This document shows positions 44,814 through 49,027 of a stretch of DNA of 49,027 nt, in pieces. The stretch spans positions 1 to 49,027 of the forward strand of contig JADFHP010000001.1 in assembly GCA_022567135.1 (NCBI GenBank), given 5' to 3'. The translations under genes were made by a program, and so were the position numbers. The notes below the pieces were generated by a model, which ran no database searches, was not told the DNA's origin, and saw only the letters and a program-made list of their open reading frames with translations. Origin of the DNA: Chloroflexota bacterium. Its GTDB lineage: Bacteria > Chloroflexota > Dehalococcoidia > Lucifugimonadales > Lucifugimonadaceae. The number at the start of each line of letters is the position of its first letter. The first letter of the stretch is position 1.

Positions 44814-45494
44814 ATGCACGTACTGATCGTTGAAGATACCCCTGAAGTGGTCGAGATCATCGATGTCGCACTGAAGCTGCGCTGGGCGGATTGCGAGGTG
44901 ACGAGCATAGACAGGGGTGGGCTGGCGCCGGGAATCGTCGCCTCGGCAAGGCCCGACCTGATCATGCTTGACCTGGGCCTTCCGGACGTTGACGGGATTG
45001 ACCTGCTGGAGCAGATCAGGCGCATATCCGAAGTACCGGTGATAATCCTGACCTCGCGTGCCCATGAGGCGGCCAGAGTCCGCGGGCTGGAGACCGGCGC
45101 CGACGATTACATGGTCAAGCCGTTTTCCGCTACTGAGATGCTGGCCAGAGTTCAGGCCGTCCTCCGGCGCGCTTCGCGTTCTGGTGGCGGAGCCGTGGGA
45201 ATTATCACGCGGGAGTCGCTCGCTGTAGACCTGGAGCAGCGCTCCGTGACTGTGGACGGACAGTTCGTCCCGCTTTCCAGGCTGGAGTGGGAAGTCTTTT
45301 CATACCTTGCCAGGAACGCCGGGAAGGTCGTGAAGCACAACGACTTGAAGCAACGCGGCTGGGGGAGCACCATCGTTGAGGATAGTGTTGTGAAGATGTG
45401 CATCCGCCGCATCCGGGGCAAACTGAGCAAAACGGGCGGTGACCCGGAGGTGATTCTCACCCACCGAGGGACAGGGTACAGCTTCATCGGCTGA
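44814..45494 (+). CDS. OmpR/PhoB-family response regulator (REC + winged-helix DNA-binding domain)
   Basis: 226 aa with LIVEDT, IMLDLGLPDVDG, ILTS and VKPF. The C-terminal region LSRLEWEVFSYLARNAG.VV......GYSF is typical of trans_reg_C. Confidence 0.92.
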   Translation: MHVLIVEDTPEVVEIIDVALKLRWADCEVTSIDRGGLAPGIVASARPDLIMLDLGLPDVDGIDLLEQIRRISEVPVIILTSRAHEAARVRGLETGADDYMVKPFSATEMLARVQAVLRRASRSGGGAVGIITRESLAVDLEQRSVTVDGQFVPLSRLEWEVFSYLARNAGKVVKHNDLKQRGWGSTIVEDSVVKMCIRRIRGKLSKTGGDPEVILTHRGTGYSFIG

Positions 45495-45588
45495 CAGCTA
45501 GCGCCCGCCGGATCGGTTACCAAACCGTTACTTTTCGGCTGCGCTGGGAAACCTTAACGGCCTCCGCCTGTCGTTAGCGTTGTTATTG

Positions 45589-45637
45589 CTGCCCGGGGGT
45601 GTCCGAAATCCAGTCCACGCCGGATGCCCCCGGGCAG
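45589..45637. repeat. Perfect 11-bp inverted repeat (CTGCCCGGGGG ... CCCCCGGGCAG) with a 27-nt loop
   Basis: The arms are 45589-45599 and 45627-45637, in the spacer between the OmpR-type regulator and the degenerate receiver gene. No U-tract follows (tattcc). Confidence 0.45.
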
Positions 45638-45684
45638 TATTCCGCCGCGCCCCGCATCGCCAGTCACGACTAGATGAGGCCAAG

Positions 45685-46080
45685 TTGACCCAGATAAAGG
45701 TCCTTGTACTGCATGGCGATGATGCCGTCCGGAGCCGGGTCATCTCCCATCTGCAAGACCTGGGCTCATTCGAAACCAGGCATTACGCCAGCGGACGCGA
45801 CGCGCGGGATGCATGCCGCGAGTTCTACCCCGACATCGTCATAGTCGACACTTCGGTGCTGGACGTCGCCACGAGCGAGCTTATTGAGAGGCTCCGGCCA
45901 TCGGTGCCACAGCAGCGGCTGGTGCTGACGTCGGCCACTTCCGCTTCGAGTGCCGGGCATGCCGGTCTGCTTCGCCACGAGCCCAATGCCGTCCTGTGGT
46001 CTCCTTTCGGCCGCTGGGAGTTCCAGCAGGCTGTGCAAGACCAGATAGCCGCCCTGGGCGAAATCAGCCGCGCGTCCTGA
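45685..46080 (+). CDS. Atypical (degenerate) receiver-domain protein
   Basis: I prefer the TTG at 45685, with GAGG 5 nt upstream. The sequence is LTQIKVLVLHGDD...DIVIVDTSVLDV...LVLTS...VLWSPF. The fold pattern and phospho-Asp position are retained, but the conserved Lys of KPF is Ser. Confidence 0.5.
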   Translation: MTQIKVLVLHGDDAVRSRVISHLQDLGSFETRHYASGRDARDACREFYPDIVIVDTSVLDVATSELIERLRPSVPQQRLVLTSATSASSAGHAGLLRHEPNAVLWSPFGRWEFQQAVQDQIAALGEISRAS

Positions 46081-46252
46081 CGTTCCTGCCGGACACCCGC
46101 GGACGAAAAATCCGCCCCCTGCTGCCACCGGAAATCGAGTTCGTCCCGCGATCCTCTGCGTCGTACACTTGATCCCGGACCTGATAAAGACGTTCCCCGC
46201 CTGCCTGTCGGGTGCACCCCCAAGACGCATAAGACCCCCAGGAGCTCCTCAC

Positions 46253-47335
46253 TTGCCTCTGAACCTGCGAATCCCAGGCCCTACGCCCCTCCCGCCGGAT
46301 GTCTTGGAAGTCACCGGCGGCCCGATGATCAATCACCGCGGCCCGCTCTTTAAAGAGATCATCGACCGGATGACCCGCAACATGCAGACGCTGCTCCAGA
46401 CGGAAGGCGATGTGTACTTCACAACCTCGTCCGGCACGGGAGCGATGGAGACGGCCGTAGTTAATGTCCTATCTCCTGGAGATCGCGTCCTGTCGGTCTC
46501 CATCGGCACATTCGGAGACCGGTTTGGGGACCTCGCCGAGGCATACGGGGCTGACGTAACCCGATTTACGACGAAACTCGGGGACGCAGCGGAACCGGAT
46601 GTGGTCCGGGCGGCGATCCGCGACGCCGACCCGTATAAAGCGATTCTCCTGACACACAACGACACGTCTACGGCTGTGCAAAATGATCTTGCTGCACTCT
46701 CGGCGATGATTCACGCGGAATCTGACGCGCTGATCCTCGTGGACGCAGTATCCAGTGCCGGCGGAACGCCACTCGCCATCGACGCATGGGGCCTGGACAT
46801 GGTCGCCACGGCTTCTCAGAAGGCCTGGACGGCCGCACCCGGCATTGGCGTGATCGCGGTCAGCGAGAAGGCCTGGCAGGCCTATGAGCAGTCCACGATG
46901 CCGAAGTTCTATTTCGATATCGCCCAGTACCGAAGATTTCTCGAGATCGGCCAGCCGCCGTTCACGCCTGCCCTATCGACGATATATGGACTCGATCTGT
47001 CGCTCCAGCAGCTTGTGGACGAGGGATTGGAGTCCGTTCTGGCCAGGCACTCAGACCGCGCGCGGCAGACCCGCGAGGGCGTGAAGCGAATCGGTCTTGA
47101 GTTATTTTGCGAAGAGCGCGTCGCATCTGACACCGTAACCGCCATCAAAGTCCCGGACGGAGTTGACGGCATCGCCGTCATCGCCAAGATGCGCGACGAG
47201 TTGGACGTTGAGATATCCGGCGGCCAGGGGGCGCTCGTCGGAAAGATCTGGCGCATCGGCCACATGGGCTGGTGCGAGCCGGAGCACATCGACGACTGTA
47301 TCGCTGCACTGGAGAAGGCGCTCGCGCGGGACTGA
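46253..47335 (+). CDS. Class V aminotransferase (serine-pyruvate/alanine-glyoxylate aminotransferase family)
   Basis: I prefer the TTG at 46253, with GGAG 8 nt upstream. It has IPGPTPLPPDVLE, TSSGTGAMETAV, LVDAVSS and SQKAW (PLP lysine). Confidence 0.85.
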   Translation: MPLNLRIPGPTPLPPDVLEVTGGPMINHRGPLFKEIIDRMTRNMQTLLQTEGDVYFTTSSGTGAMETAVVNVLSPGDRVLSVSIGTFGDRFGDLAEAYGADVTRFTTKLGDAAEPDVVRAAIRDADPYKAILLTHNDTSTAVQNDLAALSAMIHAESDALILVDAVSSAGGTPLAIDAWGLDMVATASQKAWTAAPGIGVIAVSEKAWQAYEQSTMPKFYFDIAQYRRFLEIGQPPFTPALSTIYGLDLSLQQLVDEGLESVLARHSDRARQTREGVKRIGLELFCEERVASDTVTAIKVPDGVDGIAVIAKMRDELDVEISGGQGALVGKIWRIGHMGWCEPEHIDDCIAALEKALARD

Positions 47336-47345
47336 CGCGTCGCCA

Positions 47346-48245
47346 GTGAAATCGGTCATTCTCGCCCAGTCTGCCGCTATTGCGGTTATCGGTGCGTTGG
47401 GCATGTTCGGCTGCGGCGCCGAGGCGGGCCAGCCGCCGACGGCCGCGGTGGCCGCTCAGCCCGCACCCACCTCCTCAACAATAACGCCATCCGTTCCTAC
47501 TGCAGGGCCGGAGTCGGATGCCGTCGCTCTGCCCGCGTCCGAGGGGCGGTCGCTGCCCGCCACGCAGCGACCGCCTGAGTCGCAGACACTGGAGGACAGT
47601 CTCGAAGCAATAGATATGCCGATGACGAGCATCATGTCTGGCGAGTTCCCCGTTGAGGAGGAGATGCCCGAGCCGACCATGGACAGCGCCCCTGATTCTG
47701 CTGATTCTCGCGAGGTGGGAGGCGGGGCGATCTCCGCGCTCCCAACTCCGGGCGTGGTCGACGATCAGGGCAATCTGCGACAGCCGGAGCCCGGCGCGAC
47801 GCTGATTGACTTCACGTTGCCGCGCGCCGGTGGTGGTGAGATCACGCTATCTGAGATCGGCCGCGATCAAAACACGGTGCTGGTCTTCTATCGGGCTTTC
47901 TGGTGAACCTTCTGCCGCCGCCAGCTCGTCGATCTGGCAAAGAACTACGAAGAGATCGTAGGCACAAATGCCGAAATAGTCGCGCTTAGCACCGACGATC
48001 TGCGAGGCGCCGAATTCGCGGTGGAAAACTTCGTCGCGAAGTTCCCAATCGTCTACACAGACGGTGATCCGGAAATTCCGCGGCAGTACGGCGTTTTCAA
48101 CCTCCACGGCGACGGCCTGGCCTCGGCAGCGATATTCGTGTTCGACAATTCCGGAACGTTGGTGTGGAAATCGGTCGGTAAGAGTTACACGCACCAAGTC
48201 TCGTCCGCCAAATTGATCGAGGTGCTTGAGCAGATCGGCGCCTGA
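47346..48245 (+). CDS. Probable selenoprotein: exported/lipoprotein-like Prx-like (AhpC/TSA, PRX_like2-type) thioredoxin-fold protein with UGA (Sec) at 47904-47906
   Basis: Track ORFs 47163..47906 and 48021..48245 share one frame, and the only stop between them is TGA 47904-47906. Read-through gives DFTLPRAGGGEITLSEIGRDQNTVLVFYRAFW-U-TFCRRQLVDLAKNYEEIVGTNAEIVALSTDD...FPIVYTDGDPEIPRQYGVFNL...IFVFDNSGTLVW. The start is set at GTG 47346 (VKSVILAQSAAIAVIGALGMFGCG, a signal/lipobox-like sequence), which is uncertain. Confidence 0.65.
47910..47944 (+). promoter_or_regulatory. Candidate bacterial SECIS hairpin
   Basis: The apical stem is GCCAG (47920-47924) / CTGGC (47934-47938) with the loop cucgucgau. 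The outer stem is TTCT (47910-47913) / AGAA (47941-47944). The structure begins 4-14 nt after the UGA. It was not evaluated with a covariance model. Confidence 0.35.
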
Positions 48246-48278
48246 TCGGGCTAGCCCGCGCCCGGGTCTGGCCGCCGG

Positions 48279-49027
48279 CTAAAGCTCGCCTTCCAGGCTC
48301 TGGATTACCAGGCCGGCCGAGAGCTTGGGATGGAAGTAGGTGGACTTCATTGGCAGCAGCTTGCCCTGCAGGATGACGTCTTCTGCCATGTCCTGGGGGA
48401 TGGGCCGCATCACGAATCCGAACTGGCTCTCGCAATCGATCACATCGCAAACGGCCTGCTCCGCCGAGTGCTTCACACCAACGACGTAGAGTTCCCTGCT
48501 TGGACCGAATATCCCGCGCAGGATCTCCCCGTGGAGGCGGCCGTAGTCGGTTGCATCGGCGATGTCGGCGCCGCCTGGCGGCGCCGATATCATCGTGGCG
48601 ACGTGGAACTTGCCGGGCTCGTAGCCGGCCAGCCCAAAGACCGTCTTGGACTCCGGCTCGCGGGCCAGCCGATGTTCGAGTGCCGGACCCACGTTTCTCG
48701 AGGGCGGCGTCCATTCCTCCAGATCGCAGACAGCCCCGATATGTGCTTTGAGCGAAAGAACTTCCGCTTCTGTGGCGCCGGATATGCCCCGGTGGTAGCC
48801 CTGCAGGAACAGGCCGGGATCGTCGATCGCGATCAACGTCATCATCCGGAACTGCGACGCGGCGTCCGGTCCGTGTCCCAGGTCGTTTGTCGAATAGTCA
48901 CGGAACCGCATCGCGGCGCCGTACCGATGGTGGCCGTCCGCGATGTAGATCTGCGACCCGGCCAGAGCGCCGGTGAGAGCGCCAATGATCGATGGGTCGG
49001 TCACGCACCACATGCGTACGGCCGGCT
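48279..49027 (-). CDS. DUF1015-family protein (partial; 5' end beyond the right edge)
   Basis: It has YIADGHHRY and the C-terminal LLPMKSTYFHPKL..GL signature. The frame stays open upstream of the listed Met to the window end. Confidence 0.75.
   Translation of the reverse strand, partial: PAVRMWCVTDPSIIGALTGALAGSQIYIADGHHRYGAAMRFRDYSTNDLGHGPDAASQFRMMTLIAIDDPGLFLQGYHRGISGATEAEVLSLKAHIGAVCDLEEWTPPSRNVGPALEHRLAREPESKTVFGLAGYEPGKFHVATMISAPPGGADIADATDYGRLHGEILRGIFGPSRELYVVGVKHSAEQAVCDVIDCESQFGFVMRPIPQDMAEDVILQGKLLPMKSTYFHPKLSAGLVIQSLEGEL

Noticed and set aside
47163-48245. Reading the split Prx-like gene as a pseudogene or nonsense mutation, and using ATG 47163 as its start
   Set aside because: It has a single stop, exactly at the active-site Cys column, with an intact downstream domain and an adjacent hairpin. 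That favours Sec recoding over decay. ATG 47163 would overlap the aminotransferase gene by 170 nt. A pseudogene or sequencing error remains the formal alternative.
48247-48258. 12-bp perfect palindrome CGGGCTAGCCCG between the convergent Prx-like and DUF1015 genes as a terminator
   Set aside because: The stem is only 4-5 bp once a loop is allowed, and there is no U-tract on either strand. It is too weak to call.

Overview
This is a 49-kb, high-GC (about 60-65% by eye), densely coding bacterial chromosomal window. I support about 48 CDS. I recognised no rRNA, tRNA, CRISPR array, transposase, integrase or phage genes. All calls come from reading the translations and the DNA; no BLAST or HMM search was possible.

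Layout:
- 1-8.75 kb: a signalling and envelope neighbourhood. It holds a partial membrane protein with two near-identical Tudor-like domains, a TPR-FHA-Ser/Thr kinase operon, a coiled-coil membrane protein, a ParE-type toxin-antitoxin (TA) pair, a CinA-like/NadD-like fusion, and fbp.
- 8.9-16.4 kb: a co-directional catabolic array of enolase-superfamily enzyme, MBL (metallo-beta-lactamase fold) hydrolase, TPR protein, CocE/NonD hydrolase, lipoprotein, adenosine-deaminase-like amidohydrolase and 2-hydroxyacid dehydrogenase. An unusual triple-GCGCAAAG inverted-repeat element punctuates it.
- 16.4-21 kb: two small genes (SRPBCC, DinB-like) bracketed by palindromic repeats, then a SelA-like / P-loop kinase / ACC-deaminase-fold operon.
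- 21-38.7 kb: housekeeping genes. These are tsaD, a cysteine-less sortase-like protein, ctaA-ctaB, infC-rpmI-rplT, ftsH, trpA-aroH-DAHP synthase, ribF and tyrS.
- 38.9-46.1 kb: a signalling locus. It has a 1713-aa histidine kinase with seven GAF modules at an exact ~172-residue period, then separate REC (receiver domain), Hpt and OmpR-type regulator genes, and a degenerate receiver.
- 46.2-49 kb: a class V aminotransferase, a Prx-like thioredoxin-fold protein with an in-frame UGA at the active-site position (probable selenoprotein with a candidate SECIS hairpin), and a partial DUF1015 gene.

Most noteworthy are the UGA/selenocysteine gene that the ORF track splits in two, the 7xGAF four-step phosphorelay, the SelA-like operon, the cysteine-less sortase fold, and three spatially segregated intergenic repeat families. 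The repeat families, together with gene content, raise the question of a compositional or assembly junction near 8.75 kb.
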